Origin: Nostoc punctiforme PCC 73102
GTDB taxonomy: Bacteria; Cyanobacteriota; Cyanobacteriia; Cyanobacteriales; Nostocaceae
DNA: 32,000 nucleotides
Assembly (NCBI RefSeq): GCF_000020025.1
Contig: NC_010628.1
Span: 3,000,001 to 3,032,000 of the forward strand
Direction: 5' to 3'
Shown here: positions 18,020 through 27,700 of the stretch, piece by piece
Position numbering within the stretch: the stretch's first letter is position 1
Layout of the letters: the number at the start of each line of letters is the position of its first letter
Translations under genes and position numbers: made by a program
Notes under the pieces: model-generated
The model's input: the letters and a program-made list of their open reading frames with translations, nothing else
Database searches by the model: none
Told to the model about the DNA's origin: nothing

Positions 18020-18043
18020 CTCTACTAAGTAAGTTGGTAGAAA

Positions 18044-18079
18044 TAAGCCTATTTATGTTACAAAACATAAATAGGCTTA
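18044..18079. terminator. Perfect 16-bp stem / 4-nt loop hairpin between convergent purD and the giant gene (candidate bidirectional terminator)
   Basis: TAAGCCTATTTATGTT-acaa-AACATAAATAGGCTTA read directly. There is no clear U-tract. Confidence 0.55.
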
Positions 18080-18090
18080 AAGTCCTTACT

Positions 18091-18118
18091 AATGACCAAT
18101 GACCAATGACCAATGACA
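18091..18118. repeat. STRR-type heptamer array (AATGACC x3 + AATGACA; complement of the TTGGTCA STRR2 unit of heterocystous cyanobacteria)
   Basis: Seen directly. The unit equals the published STRR2 heptamer on the opposite strand. Confidence 0.85.
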
Positions 18119-18160
18119 AATAACAGCCCTTGCCAATTAGCTTTAATTGCGCCAATCTAC

Positions 18161-21100
18161 TTAAGCAATATTCAAATTAACTCGCACAATAACATCGTTA
18201 AAATCTTTGTCACCACCACTTGCTAAATCCTCAAAGCCAAAGATGTTATTCCCTAACAAGCGAATGTGATCCACTTTGTCAGTGTTAGCTCCCAAAAATG
18301 GGAAGTAAACGGCGGGATCGTTATTTGAATTGCTATCAAGTAAAGCATCAGGTCTACCATTAGCAATAATAAATGGTGCAAAAATCGAACCAGGCTGGAA
18401 AGTTCCTGTATAAGTAGTCGTACCTTGGTTGTTAACTGTCAGATCAATACCTGCAACACGACCACGAACTGCTGCTTCACTATAACCAGTTTGTCCGATC
18501 AAAATATCTGCTTTGCCATCTCCATTAGTATCAATGCCACCATTTTCATCAGTTACCTGATAGAAGCCGATGAAATTATTGAAAGCTGCTTCGCTGTTAA
18601 CAACAAAATCAGCTTTTACCTGTTGCCTTACACCTCTCAAATCAATCAGTTCGCCTTGTGGCTGGCTTTGCAAATTTGTGCCTAAAGGTAAGGTTTCATT
18701 TGTAGATTGAATCTTCACTACCAAATCTTTAAAGTCAGTAGTGCTAGTACCGAATCCATCCTTCCAATCTAGGGAAAACCCATCAGTGCCCAAGTCTGTA
18801 ATCTTTTGCGTTGAAGCATCAGCAAATAACATATCTGCAATAGAAGTGGCTCCAGTTCGCACAGAATCAGTACTACTATTTTTTACTAAATAGAATCTCA
18901 ATTGATCGCCGGAATTCAATTTCAGTAAACTTGTAAGATTGTTGGCATCAAATCCGTTAGGGGCGTTGGCAATAGTAGAGAAAATGATCTTAGCTCGTTC
19001 TAAAGCTGCTTGGGCGTAACCTGTTGTACCTGGTTTAATACCGTTAATGTTGCCACTAGCATCGTCAACAATAAATACTCCCAATTCATTGAGGGAATTG
19101 GAATTGTGCCCTGTGAGAGTAACTTTCAGTCTTGCTTGGTCACTATCACCTTTGATGGTAAAGATATTATTGTCAACATTATCCGTTAATAGGCTTTCAT
19201 TCCCAACATTCCTTGTTAACAGAAGGTCATTATCAGTAATGCTCACATTGATAGAGCCTGCAATACCATTATATTTAGCATCGCTGCTGCTGACTGTATT
19301 CTGGATGCTGTCGCCGTGATTGCCTTCTACAATTGCATCATCTATTGCAACTACCGTCACATTTTGCGCTATATTCCAGTTGCGTGAGGTGAAGGTGAGA
19401 GTTCTGGAACTGGTTCTAATTTGCCTGCCGTTATTGATAGTAATAATGACATCAGCAGTTGGCTGGGTAGTAAGTACCACAGAGTAACTGTCAGTTGCAC
19501 CACCTTCAGTGACATTAGTACTTCCATCAGTCTGGGTAATAATCGCACCTGCATCAACAATAGTTCCCTTGGCTGTACTATTAGGGTTGATGATTGCCCC
19601 ATTTGTAGGTTTGCTTAAACCGACAGTGAAAGTTTCATTTCCTTCAAACAAGGAATCTGAAATTGTTTCAACTGTAAAGGTTTTTTGAGTTTCTCCTGGT
19701 TTAAAGGTGATAGTTTCAGTCTTAGCTTTAAAATCACGTTCACTAGCTGTATCTCTTGTACCAATAGATGTGGCGAGAGTAATACTTTGGTCAATTTGAG
19801 CATCCCCTGTACGAGTGATGGTGAAAGTAATAGGATTTCCTTCTGTTGCTGAGGCTGAAGAAATTGCAAATACAGGTGCTGGCTCATCGTTGTCTCTAAT
19901 AGCAACCTTCAGGTCAGAAACTGGCAGTTCATTATAAGCAGAGTCACTACTATTGACCTTGAAAGAGATAATACCTGTGTGATTTCCTTCAACAAGAGTA
20001 TCGTCCACTGCTTTGACAGTAACAGTCTGCGCGATTAAGGCATTTCCAGGTGTAAAGGTCAAAGTTGTTGGATTGTTTACCCCTTGGCCTAAATCAAGCT
20101 GTTTATCTGGAGTCAGAGTAACAGTAACGTTATCTTTCGGAATGGTCTTCAGCACGAATGTAAAGGTATCTGTTGTGCCTCCTTCTACAACAACCAAATC
20201 TTTACCAGTGTCAACCCTCACACTACCGGGAAGATTATTAGGATCAACCGTCCCCAAAGTAGCAGCCTTCAAGAAGATAGCAGAGTCTAGCAAACCATCG
20301 CGGACATCTTTAACATTGAGGATCAAGCTATTTTTGGCATTGGTTATAGTCGGGCCAGCGAAAGTTAGAACTTTGGTATAACCATCAAGTCTAGTTTGTT
20401 CAGTGGCTGGGCCTGTCCCAGAGGGGTTGTAGATAAAGTCTGGGTGATAACCAAAGGGAGTGGGAGCCAAGTTGTTAATCGTGACTGCTTCATCGTCACT
20501 TAATAAAGCTAAATCCAAACCGTTTAACTTCAGGCTGAACAGGTCATTAAAGTCACTACCGCCAAATTCCACAAACTCCTCTGAGGCAAAAGCAAACTGG
20601 AAGTAAATCAGTGGTGCAGTGTCATCAGCTACAAAGTCGATTTGCATGGAGATGTTGTCATCGGCTGCCCCTGGTGTACCAAAATCTGTGCTGAGATCGT
20701 TCAGTCCAGCGAAAGAGCGATTGGAGACAGAAATATCACCTGCTGCTACCTCTCCATTGTCGCCAACTTCTCCCAGGTAAAGATATAGAGGTTGTCCTGA
20801 AGCTATAGATGATTTGAGGTCAAATCCTACCTTCCCACTGTCACCCAAGCTGACAAATCCTGTTGCAGTGGGGCCAATGGTACTGTTAGCATCAAAACTT
20901 GTCAGTTTTGCGATCGCATTGTTGATATATCCATTGGTAGTCCCAAACAGATTTGGATTGGTTGGATCTGTTGGTGGACGTTGCTCTCCTGGAATAAAGG
21001 TCGTTCCTGCCAGACTAAAATCAAATACATCTAAGCCAACTAAGCTGGCAGCATCTGCTGCTGAATTTACAAGGGTGTGACTAAGTTTAATTGCATCTAG

Positions 21101-24100
21101 GTCAAAACCAGTAAATCTGCCATTGCTTCCTCCTAGAACACCACCATCACCAATAGTTAAGGAACTCAAATCAAATCCCAAATTGGAGAGGTCAGCCACA
21201 TAAACAGCCGTCTCAGCAGGGGAACCACCCGTTACTCCAGGCAGCTTCGTCAACTGGATTGGAACACTAGTACCAGGTGAAAAGTCACCGTCAGCTGTAT
21301 TGCCACCAGCTAAATCTTTGACTTTGCCTGTACTTAAAACTATCCCAGAACCTAAGCCAAAGGGGTCATTTTGGAACGTACCAAAAGCTCTAGCGTCTCC
21401 AGTTAGCTTGACATTGAAGTTAGAAAGTCCAGTGGTTATACCTGTAAGAGTGTCTAGTAACCCAAAACCGTTACCGTTATTTTGAGTAACAGTAAAGGCT
21501 GGTACAAGCGCTTCCGCTATGTTTAGGTTTAGGGTATTCGCTGTGATGTTATCCGTTAGAGACTCGATAGCGTTAGTTTCTACAGGTAGAGTCTTCAAAC
21601 TCATAACGCTATTAGCCGAAACAGTAGCAGTACTACTATCGACGTACCTGACGTAACTAGCATTCAGGTCAAATTTAGAAAATCCTTGGACAAAACCGAT
21701 TAATTCATCCGTGCTAGTTCTAGAGCCGCGTAGGAAAATCTGTGTACCAGTGCGTATCTCTTTGAGAATGTAATCTCCAGACTTACCATGCAGTTGAATG
21801 ATGTCGCCTTCATCGGGATTAAAATCGGTAATCTGTCCCTGGTTATTAAACCCAGATGTTAGAGGATTTTCATCATCGTAGTAAACCTCCCTTGCATCCC
21901 CTAGCCAGAATTCATCTTTCCCTGTGCCACCTGTCAAGCTATCAATTTCGTTACCAGAGCCAGGAGAGACTCCTAATTTTACCCCAATTAAGATGTCATT
22001 GTTGGCACTACCGAATAAAGAATCACTGCCTTTATTACCAATCAGGCTGTCATCTCCATCATTGCCGATGAGGGTGTCTGCTCCATTACCACCCACAAGT
22101 TGATCGGCTTTACTCGTGCCGATGACGTTCAACCGTTCAATATTACTAAAAGTCACCCGATCTAGTAGGGTGTTGCCACTGCTAGTTATATTGCGGTAAA
22201 TCTCGCCGCCATTAGTGCCATTAAAGAAAGACTGGATGCCTGAACCAACATCCCTAACAGAGTAATCGACAATTAACAGGTCATCATCACCACTACTACT
22301 GCCACCATCTACTGTATCAAGGCCCAGACCAGAATTAATAGTGTCATTGCCACCGCCTGTATTGAAGTTGTTATCTAATTTGCCCAGTTGAGTCAGTAGG
22401 TCTTTGCCAAAACCTGTTTTAATATCTCGGAAAGCTTCAAATTGGGTAATGACACTGCCATCTGATAGGGTTAATAGTTGATTGGGATTCTCTTCTCCAG
22501 GATTGAGGCTAACTAGGGTAATATTATCTGCTTTACCTGAGAGATCGATTGAGAGCGTATCAATTCCCGCGCCGCCGTTCAAAACAATGAAACTATTGCC
22601 AGGCGTGCCAGAAAACGCTAAACTTGCGTCGTTTTGATCCTTAACAAAATCATTGCCATCATCTGCCAAAATTACGTTGTTACCTCGACCGCCAGCGATG
22701 ATGTCATTCCCCGCACCGCCCAAAATTACATCGTCATCAGCACCCCCAAAGATTTGATCCGCTTTGCTAGTGCCTGTAACTTTCAAGCGTTCGATATTTT
22801 TGAAAGTAACCGCATCTTGAACGGGAGGATTAGTACCGGAACCTCTAGAAAATGAGTTAGTGGGGTTAGCAAAATTACTGAAGCCGCCTATAACACCAGT
22901 GCCGAAATCATTACGGGAATAATCAATGATTAAGCGATCGCTTCCACTACCCCCATCAACAACATCAGTACCAAAGTTACTCAGACCAGGATTGATGTCA
23001 TTATTACCAGCATCTCCAGTTAAAATATCGGCAAAATCAGACCCCAGTAAGTTCTCAACGGTAGATGAAATAATAGTCTGAGCGAATGTATCTCCTTGAC
23101 CATGACCACCCGTATTTACTGCACCAGGTAGCAGACTGACATTTACCCCTCCTGGCGATTCACTATAGTCAGCCCAGTCAATACTTGTTCCACCATCCAA
23201 AAAGTCAGCACCTACACCGCCAATTAAAGTATCGTTACCATCATTGCCTTTTAGGGTATCACTACCACCTTCTCCTCGGAGAATGTTACTACCAATATCA
23301 CCTTCTAAGGTATCGGCAAAGTTGGAGCCTTGCAGATTTTCTATGGAGTTGATGCTTAAAGGCTCATCATCTTTATTTCGCAAAGAGAGCAATTTATCAC
23401 CAGAAGCACCACCATCGGTATTACCATCTTCTTCTACTAGATGTACCTCAACTCCCTGGGTGGCACGAATATAAGAAACCCAGTCATTACCAGTACCGCC
23501 GTCTAAAGTATCATCTCCAGGGCCAGCAATGAGAATATCATCCCCATTCAAACCCGACACATGACCGTCTTGATCGCCAGCGACGAGAATATCGTTATAG
23601 ATTGAACCTTGAAGATTTTCAACATTAAAGATTTTGTCACCATTGGCTTCACCTCCAAACCCTCGATTTTTAGGCAAGCTACTCAAAACTTTATCTATGG
23701 GGGAAACAAAAGCCACATTACTGTTAGAGATATTGACGTAGACTCCTGCCATCGATGCGATGTAGGTGATTGTATCTTCATCATCTCCTCCATCAATATA
23801 GTCGGCTCCAGCTCCACTCAGTAACACGTCGTCACCCTCAAGACTAATTAATGTATCGTTACCTTGGTCGCCTACTAGGACGTTATCATCATCTGAGCCT
23901 GTGATGGAGTCGTTTTTGCTTGACCCAACAATATTTTGAATATGAATCAGGATATCTTGTGTACCGTAGCCATCATTACTAGCTTTGCCTTGAGTAAGGT
24001 TGACCACAATCCCATTAGGTGCATCGCTGTAATCAGCTGTATTTTTGTCTTGTGTATCAAGTAAGCCAACTTCTCCACCATCGAGGGTATCGTTACCAGC

Positions 24101-27100
24101 ACCACCTAAGAGGAAGTCATCACCCTCACCAGTCGTAATGTTGTCATCTCCTGCGCCACCTGTAACTTGACCATTGGCTTCTACATCGTTAATGAAAGTG
24201 ATGGTATCATTCCCTTCGCCAGCACTGACAATGACCAATTTGACTTTTGCATACTGCTTCGGCTGCGGGTCTAAACCTTGTACCTCAACTATCTCGTCAC
24301 TACTACCATCATCATTCACACTGCCGGATATGTGTTCAACAATGATGATGTCATTATTATCTGTACCTGTGCGGTCAACAATCCCAGCCCCTGCTAACTG
24401 CTTGGCTATAGGTGAATCGGGATCGGGTTCCTTATCAATAACGTTATAATGTTCCGATTCTTCACCCGCGCAAGGATTACCACCGAAGTCTTCCGCAGTA
24501 AAGCTAACCAACTTAATGGTCGCTAGATTCAGGCGTTTACTAAAGCTGAAGAAGCCAAAATCTAGAGTTATTTGGCCAAAGATAATTGCGTCTAACTCAC
24601 CACTAGGACTAAACAGACAAAACGGATTACCGCCACTGTCAATAACGTTAGCGATATCACTGCTACGAATTTTGTAATCGTTGTCAGAATTACCCAAGTC
24701 AAAGAACACAGTCAGACCAATCCCACCACCCAAGGCTGCTTTTATAAACTCCAGGTCTAAAGCAGCTGCGGCATCCAACTCACCACCCAATGTTAGGTTG
24801 TGATCGCGATCGCCATCACCATCTTTATCGCTGATTGGTCTACCTGCAAAAAAGCCGTTGAGTAGCTTACTAGCATCAGCAAAGCCTCCCTTGCGGAAGT
24901 CAATTAAACCTTGAGTGTCATAACCTACAGAGATTGCTGCACCCGCGCTCACACCACCACTTATTTGTAATCCCAAAGGACCAAAGATAGGAATAGTTGG
25001 AGGTGTAAAGGTGTATTTAAAGGCTAATGTGGGTGAATCGTAGCGGAATAAATCTACCTGTTGACCCAGCAAAATCTGAAAGACAGAACTGGGGTCAGCC
25101 AAGATCGGAAATAGCTGCTTGATACTGTTTGTATCTTCATCAGCCAGAGATTGCAAACTTTGAGCAGCTAAGGCTGGATTATTGTCAACAAACTGTGCTG
25201 ATTCTTTAAATACAGAGGAATCTTGAATGTTAGTAACGAGGTCGATGAGTGCATTAATAAAGGGTGTAACATCTCCATTCCCAGAGGAGGATACCTGATT
25301 TAGAGGGTCTGTAAATTTAGTAATATTGGGTGTAACTTTGCTGTTGTCACTCACATCATCCGTGCGGACATCTGTACCAGTGAGGTCAAAGTCTCCTAAA
25401 TCTAAAAACAGGCTATCTGCACTTGTAGGAAAACTGTCAATAACATTGACAATTTTGACTGCAATTTTGACAAATTCAAAAGTTTCAGGGTCAATCGTGC
25501 CGGAACCAAACAGCCCACTGTTGACAACCTTCTCAGCAATATCTAACAAGGAAGCCCTAATTACTGGCAATGGAGTTGTTAGGGTATTGATAATGGGTTT
25601 GAAGGGGTTGGTGATTGTTTGCAAGTCTGTAAATACTGACTTGAAAAACCCACTAACCAAGGAACCAAAATTCAGTTTTGCATCGGTAAACTTGACAATT
25701 GGTGCTGGAACGCTGGGGTTATCACTATTAAACTGCAAATCTAGTAAGTCAAAATTGGCTGTAATACTAGGCAGTGGTCCATTAAGCGATTCACCAGTGT
25801 TGGGGTCGCTGATACCTGTATCTATAAATAACTTCAGGTCTGCATCAACAGTAAGTGCGTCAGCGTCAATGTCTATGGTGTCGAGATTATTGAAGCGGAT
25901 TTTACCTTGAGCATCACCGCCTTTGAGGTCAGCTGCAAAATCGGCCGTCAGCGCACTTCCCTGGTCGGTAGCCTCAATGTGAAGAAACCCTAAAGTCCCA
26001 TCAAGAGTAAGAGGGTTGTTACTCCCATCAACTAATTTGCCTTGAAAATGAGCTTGAAATTCCTTAGCAACTGAGGTGTCCAAAAAGATAGCATTTTGGT
26101 CATTGCTGAAATTGTCTACCCCAAAACCTACACCCAAACTAATATCTAAATCAGCACTCAATCCACCACTAATATCTAAACCTAAATTGGGTAGACCGAG
26201 ATTTTGATCTAGGGAAATATTAGGGTGAGCAACTGTACCAATGTTGAATTTGAAGGCAATGCTGCTATTATCTTGGATGACTTGAATATCATTAATAGTA
26301 ACTACACTATCTGGATCGTCAGAATCTAACAGTAAATTCGTGCTACTTAAAGCGTTAAATAGTGCTTGCTGAATGGCTGCAACGGTATTTTCTTGACCTT
26401 TGCCCAACTCAGTCACAACTTTATTTTTAACATCATCAATAAAATTATTGATACTGCCTTTCAGGTCTAGTTTATTGCCTATCAGTGGCAAGCCACTAGT
26501 AGAGGGAATATTGTTATTGATGATAGACTTAATTTGGTCAAATAGAGCATCTACTTTAGCAGGTAAAAATTGCAGGTTGCTGGCGGGATCTATATCTGCT
26601 TCTGCCGCTAATGTTTTACCATTGACTTTAATACTAATAGCATCATTGGCTTGCTGGAATTGTTGTAATTCTTGCTCAGTGACAGCACGCCCTTGTACTA
26701 ATTTGGCAAAGATTTTGCCTTCGTCACCTTGAGTATCAATTTTATTAATTTTGGCATCAATAAAGTGACCAATTTCTTCTAGCAAAACATCTTTAAATAA
26801 ACTAGGATTATTGGCTTTTTCGGCGACAAAATCTGCTGATATATAGATTGTATTAGTAGTTTGGGCAAAAGCAGCTCTTGCTCCCCCCAAGTCACTGGCT
26901 GAGAGAATTTTTATGGTGGGGAATTGAGAAAAGTTACCTGCTGCCCATTGATGATGTAATGCTTCTAGTTTTTGGGTGTTGAAGTTGTTACCAAAAGCTA
27001 CTGTAGTTGCTTGGCGAAATCCAGTATTGGAGGCAAAGTCCTTTAGAGTCGGGAAAATTAATGATGCTAACGTATCGTCGATCGCGTTATTTGATAAGCC

Positions 27101-27160
27101 TATTTGTGCAAGATTACCAGCAGAAGAACTATGAATAGAAATGTATTTAGGTTTGGTCAT
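18161..27160 (-). CDS. Giant (2,999 aa) mosaic calcium-binding surface/secreted protein: N-terminal LLEEIGH module, unassigned ~800-aa region, RTX repeats, choice-of-anchor-L-like domain, 3 Calx-beta domains, 2 DUF4114 domains
   Basis: A single uninterrupted ORF with an AGGA SD about 10 nt upstream of the ATG. The domain calls come from motifs read in the translation (see the sub-features). Confidence 0.9.
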   Translation of the reverse strand: MTKPKYISIHSSSAGNLAQIGLSNNAIDDTLASLIFPTLKDFASNTGFRQATTVAFGNNFNTQKLEALHHQWAAGNFSQFPTIKILSASDLGGARAAFAQTTNTIYISADFVAEKANNPSLFKDVLLEEIGHFIDAKINKIDTQGDEGKIFAKLVQGRAVTEQELQQFQQANDAISIKVNGKTLAAEADIDPASNLQFLPAKVDALFDQIKSIINNNIPSTSGLPLIGNKLDLKGSINNFIDDVKNKVVTELGKGQENTVAAIQQALFNALSSTNLLLDSDDPDSVVTINDIQVIQDNSSIAFKFNIGTVAHPNISLDQNLGLPNLGLDISGGLSADLDISLGVGFGVDNFSNDQNAIFLDTSVAKEFQAHFQGKLVDGSNNPLTLDGTLGFLHIEATDQGSALTADFAADLKGGDAQGKIRFNNLDTIDIDADALTVDADLKLFIDTGISDPNTGESLNGPLPSITANFDLLDLQFNSDNPSVPAPIVKFTDAKLNFGSLVSGFFKSVFTDLQTITNPFKPIINTLTTPLPVIRASLLDIAEKVVNSGLFGSGTIDPETFEFVKIAVKIVNVIDSFPTSADSLFLDLGDFDLTGTDVRTDDVSDNSKVTPNITKFTDPLNQVSSSGNGDVTPFINALIDLVTNIQDSSVFKESAQFVDNNPALAAQSLQSLADEDTNSIKQLFPILADPSSVFQILLGQQVDLFRYDSPTLAFKYTFTPPTIPIFGPLGLQISGGVSAGAAISVGYDTQGLIDFRKGGFADASKLLNGFFAGRPISDKDGDGDRDHNLTLGGELDAAAALDLEFIKAALGGGIGLTVFFDLGNSDNDYKIRSSDIANVIDSGGNPFCLFSPSGELDAIIFGQITLDFGFFSFSKRLNLATIKLVSFTAEDFGGNPCAGEESEHYNVIDKEPDPDSPIAKQLAGAGIVDRTGTDNNDIIIVEHISGSVNDDGSSDEIVEVQGLDPQPKQYAKVKLVIVSAGEGNDTITFINDVEANGQVTGGAGDDNITTGEGDDFLLGGAGNDTLDGGEVGLLDTQDKNTADYSDAPNGIVVNLTQGKASNDGYGTQDILIHIQNIVGSSKNDSITGSDDDNVLVGDQGNDTLISLEGDDVLLSGAGADYIDGGDDEDTITYIASMAGVYVNISNSNVAFVSPIDKVLSSLPKNRGFGGEANGDKIFNVENLQGSIYNDILVAGDQDGHVSGLNGDDILIAGPGDDTLDGGTGNDWVSYIRATQGVEVHLVEEDGNTDGGASGDKLLSLRNKDDEPLSINSIENLQGSNFADTLEGDIGSNILRGEGGSDTLKGNDGNDTLIGGVGADFLDGGTSIDWADYSESPGGVNVSLLPGAVNTGGHGQGDTFAQTIISSTVENLLGSDFADILTGDAGNNDINPGLSNFGTDVVDGGSGSDRLIIDYSRNDFGTGVIGGFSNFANPTNSFSRGSGTNPPVQDAVTFKNIERLKVTGTSKADQIFGGADDDVILGGAGNDIIAGGRGNNVILADDGNDFVKDQNDASLAFSGTPGNSFIVLNGGAGIDTLSIDLSGKADNITLVSLNPGEENPNQLLTLSDGSVITQFEAFRDIKTGFGKDLLTQLGKLDNNFNTGGGNDTINSGLGLDTVDGGSSSGDDDLLIVDYSVRDVGSGIQSFFNGTNGGEIYRNITSSGNTLLDRVTFSNIERLNVIGTSKADQLVGGNGADTLIGNDGDDSLIGNKGSDSLFGSANNDILIGVKLGVSPGSGNEIDSLTGGTGKDEFWLGDAREVYYDDENPLTSGFNNQGQITDFNPDEGDIIQLHGKSGDYILKEIRTGTQIFLRGSRTSTDELIGFVQGFSKFDLNASYVRYVDSSTATVSANSVMSLKTLPVETNAIESLTDNITANTLNLNIAEALVPAFTVTQNNGNGFGLLDTLTGITTGLSNFNVKLTGDARAFGTFQNDPFGLGSGIVLSTGKVKDLAGGNTADGDFSPGTSVPIQLTKLPGVTGGSPAETAVYVADLSNLGFDLSSLTIGDGGVLGGSNGRFTGFDLDAIKLSHTLVNSAADAASLVGLDVFDFSLAGTTFIPGEQRPPTDPTNPNLFGTTNGYINNAIAKLTSFDANSTIGPTATGFVSLGDSGKVGFDLKSSIASGQPLYLYLGEVGDNGEVAAGDISVSNRSFAGLNDLSTDFGTPGAADDNISMQIDFVADDTAPLIYFQFAFASEEFVEFGGSDFNDLFSLKLNGLDLALLSDDEAVTINNLAPTPFGYHPDFIYNPSGTGPATEQTRLDGYTKVLTFAGPTITNAKNSLILNVKDVRDGLLDSAIFLKAATLGTVDPNNLPGSVRVDTGKDLVVVEGGTTDTFTFVLKTIPKDNVTVTLTPDKQLDLGQGVNNPTTLTFTPGNALIAQTVTVKAVDDTLVEGNHTGIISFKVNSSDSAYNELPVSDLKVAIRDNDEPAPVFAISSASATEGNPITFTITRTGDAQIDQSITLATSIGTRDTASERDFKAKTETITFKPGETQKTFTVETISDSLFEGNETFTVGLSKPTNGAIINPNSTAKGTIVDAGAIITQTDGSTNVTEGGATDSYSVVLTTQPTADVIITINNGRQIRTSSRTLTFTSRNWNIAQNVTVVAIDDAIVEGNHGDSIQNTVSSSDAKYNGIAGSINVSITDNDLLLTRNVGNESLLTDNVDNNIFTIKGDSDQARLKVTLTGHNSNSLNELGVFIVDDASGNINGIKPGTTGYAQAALERAKIIFSTIANAPNGFDANNLTSLLKLNSGDQLRFYLVKNSSTDSVRTGATSIADMLFADASTQKITDLGTDGFSLDWKDGFGTSTTDFKDLVVKIQSTNETLPLGTNLQSQPQGELIDLRGVRQQVKADFVVNSEAAFNNFIGFYQVTDENGGIDTNGDGKADILIGQTGYSEAAVRGRVAGIDLTVNNQGTTTYTGTFQPGSIFAPFIIANGRPDALLDSNSNNDPAVYFPFLGANTDKVDHIRLLGNNIFGFEDLASGGDKDFNDVIVRVNLNIA
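18164..19170 (-). other. Two C-terminal DUF4114 domains
   Basis: ELGVFIVDDASG...LDWKDGFGTSTTDFKDLVVKIQ and IGFYQVTDENG...FGFEDLASGGDKDFNDVIVRVNL (the FEDL..GGD.DFND signature). Confidence 0.7.
19230..20230 (-). other. Three tandem Calx-beta domains
   Basis: Each ~110-aa unit ends with (D/S)D(T/S/A)(L/I)(V/F)EGNxxx...(I/V)xDND: AVDDTLVEGNHTGIISF...AIRDND; ISDSLFEGNETFTVGL; AIDDAIVEGNHGDSIQ...ITDND. Confidence 0.75.
20250..21500 (-). other. Choice-of-anchor-L-like domain, split by a ~210-aa insertion (20655-21285)
   Basis: N-part GTFQNDPFGLGSGIVLSTGKV. C-part FQFAFASEEFVEFGGSDFNDLFSLKLNG...RLDGYTKVLTF...VKDVRDGLLDSAIFLKAATLG. Confidence 0.6.
21790..24160 (-). other. RTX (hemolysin-type Ca-binding) nonapeptide block, about aa 1001-1790
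   Basis: There are dozens of GGxGxDxUx units (GGAGDDNITTGEGDDFLLGGAGNDTLDGG ...). Two diverged ~220-aa sub-modules each contain F(K/S)NIERL(K/N)V(T/I)GTSKADQ. The block ends with a typical TGGTGKDEFWLGD...ITDFNPDEGDIIQL cap. Confidence 0.85.
24161..26589 (-). other. Unassigned region of the giant protein (about aa 190-1000)
   Basis: It is D/N/G/L/S/T-rich and almost Cys-free, with no RTX nonapeptides. Strand-like amphipathic segments recur (LDISGGLSADLDISLGVGFGV; LGLQISGGVSAGAAISVGYD; ALDLEFIKAALGGGIGLTVFFDLG). Confidence 0.5.
26590..27160 (-). other. N-terminal ~190-aa module of the giant protein, with motif LLEEIGHFIDAKIN...QGDEGKIFAKLVQG
   Basis: No hydrophobic signal peptide (MTKPKYISIHSSSAGNLAQIG). 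EEIGH is encoded at 26765-26779. I recall similar LLEE(I/Y)GH heads on other cyanobacterial and proteobacterial RTX proteins but cannot name a family. Confidence 0.5.
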
Positions 27161-27640
27161 TAATAATTATCCTGTTGTAAGTTCAATATCTTCGCTATTT
27201 AACGAAAGGTTAAAACCGATTTTAATGGGATGAATGCGACCTAAGCCTTGAGCTGGTAGAAAATCTTAGGCAATAAAACAAACTCAGGTTTTGAAGAAGC
27301 ATTTTTATAGTTTCGTGGGTATATAGGAAACCCCTCATGTGGGCTTTAAATAATATTATGGAAGTTTAAGCACGGTTGGTAGTAGTTTCTGACTTGCTCA
27401 TAGACCAAATTGAAGTCATTCCCAAACTGAATTATATGGAACGGAACTATAGTTATCAGGTTGCTTTTCTTTGAAATTACTATGTTCAAAGGATAAGCAA
27501 ATTCTTTGTGGAGGAGTTGAATTTTATAAATGTCAGTTTAAACATCCCTATTAATACTGTTATTGCACAGGTAAAGGTTTGGAAAGTAACCGTTAACAAC
27601 ACGCTCTAGGAGCAATTCATCTATACACAAAGCAACTACT

Positions 27641-27669
27641 CTACGAGTTATCCGTTGGATAACTCGTAG
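27641..27669. repeat. Perfect 13-bp stem / 3-nt loop hairpin CTACGAGTTATCC-gtt-GGATAACTCGTAG
   Basis: Seen directly. It lies 31 nt to the left of dispersed-repeat copy B. Confidence 0.8.
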
Positions 27670-27700
27670 GGTATTGCCCTTAAATGAAAATCAGGGTTTT

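Noticed and set aside
18425-26732. Plus-strand ORFs antisense to the giant gene (for example 25326..25910 at 194 aa, 20013..20381, 26400..26732, 24174..24449)
   Set aside because: Their S/L/T/P-rich low-complexity translations are the expected mirror of a D/N/G/T-rich repetitive sense frame. I saw no SD or independent motif.
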